Of a DNA stretch of 64,000 bases, positions 63,635 through 64,000 are shown piece by piece. The position numbers and the translations under genes are program-made. The first letter of the stretch is position 1. Each line of letters begins with the position of its first letter. A model generated the notes under the pieces. The model was not told where the DNA came from, did no database searches, and saw only the letters and a program-made list of their open reading frames with translations. The DNA is from Camelus dromedarius (Eukaryota), in assembly GCF_036321535.1 (NCBI RefSeq), contig NC_087437.1, forward strand, positions 119,600,001 to 119,664,000, written 5' to 3'.

Positions 63635-64000
63635 GTAGGTGGAGTTCTGGCAGAACCCAGACACAGAAATTAGACAGACTTAACAGATGAGATCGCGTCT
63701 CAGTGTTCCTAGCCAGAGCCCCCGGGGCACCGTTCTTCAGAGTGACCGCGCATGGACCGTCTGAGCGCCCCGCCTTGCCCCTGGCACCACACATACGCAT
63801 TCGAGTGTGGATGCAGTCTGTAAGTATCTTAATGCTTTGCAGGAGATGAGGAATGGTTTCAAGATTAAGCAGGTCTGCTGGTGTGACGCACGGGCAGCCT
63901 TGTGTGTCCGGGCGGCTGGCAGGTGGGTGCGGCGCTGACCTGAGAGCGGGTCACTCTGACCTACAGCCTCGGAACCCTCAGCTGCGGCACGCACCCCATC

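Overview
Mammalian genomic DNA, probably camelid. This rests on two short tRNA-derived SINEs of the camelid type and on the absence of recognisable Alu, Bov-A/BovB or PRE-1 elements; the species call is inference. Two divergently transcribed, intron-containing genes dominate the window. (1) TMPRSS3 on the minus strand has a complete CDS of 12 coding exons (28851 down to 10808, all GT-AG, 1362 nt = 453 aa + stop) encoding TM, LDLRA, SRCR and trypsin-like domains with an intact His/Asp/Ser triad and R|IVGG activation site; a probable first exon lies near 29.3-29.5 kb. (2) UBASH3A (TULA/STS-2) on the plus strand has 8 coding exons from ATG 39588 to 63634 (UBA, 2H-phosphoesterase-like, SH3 and the start of the RHGE histidine phosphatase domain) and continues beyond the window. 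The rest is introns and intergenic DNA rich in L1 fragments, ERV solo LTRs, MaLR (MLT1) LTRs, DNA transposon relics and microsatellites. Nearly all ORFs in the supplied track are spurious or repeat-derived. I found no convincing new biological system. The best leads are: solo LTRs repeatedly sitting in CA-rich tracts, with a four-LTR nest in one L1 fragment; an open in-frame 5' leader that could N-terminally extend TMPRSS3; an open read-through of TMPRSS3 intron 9 resembling human isoform D; Leu-to-Gln in the conserved SRCR CxxLGF motif; a decayed counterpart of the human UBASH3A alternative exon; an intragenic CpG island; and a FOX+GRHL motif pair upstream of TMPRSS3. Comparisons with human sequence are from memory and need alignment to confirm. 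Repeat family names are pattern-based, not RepeatMasker output.
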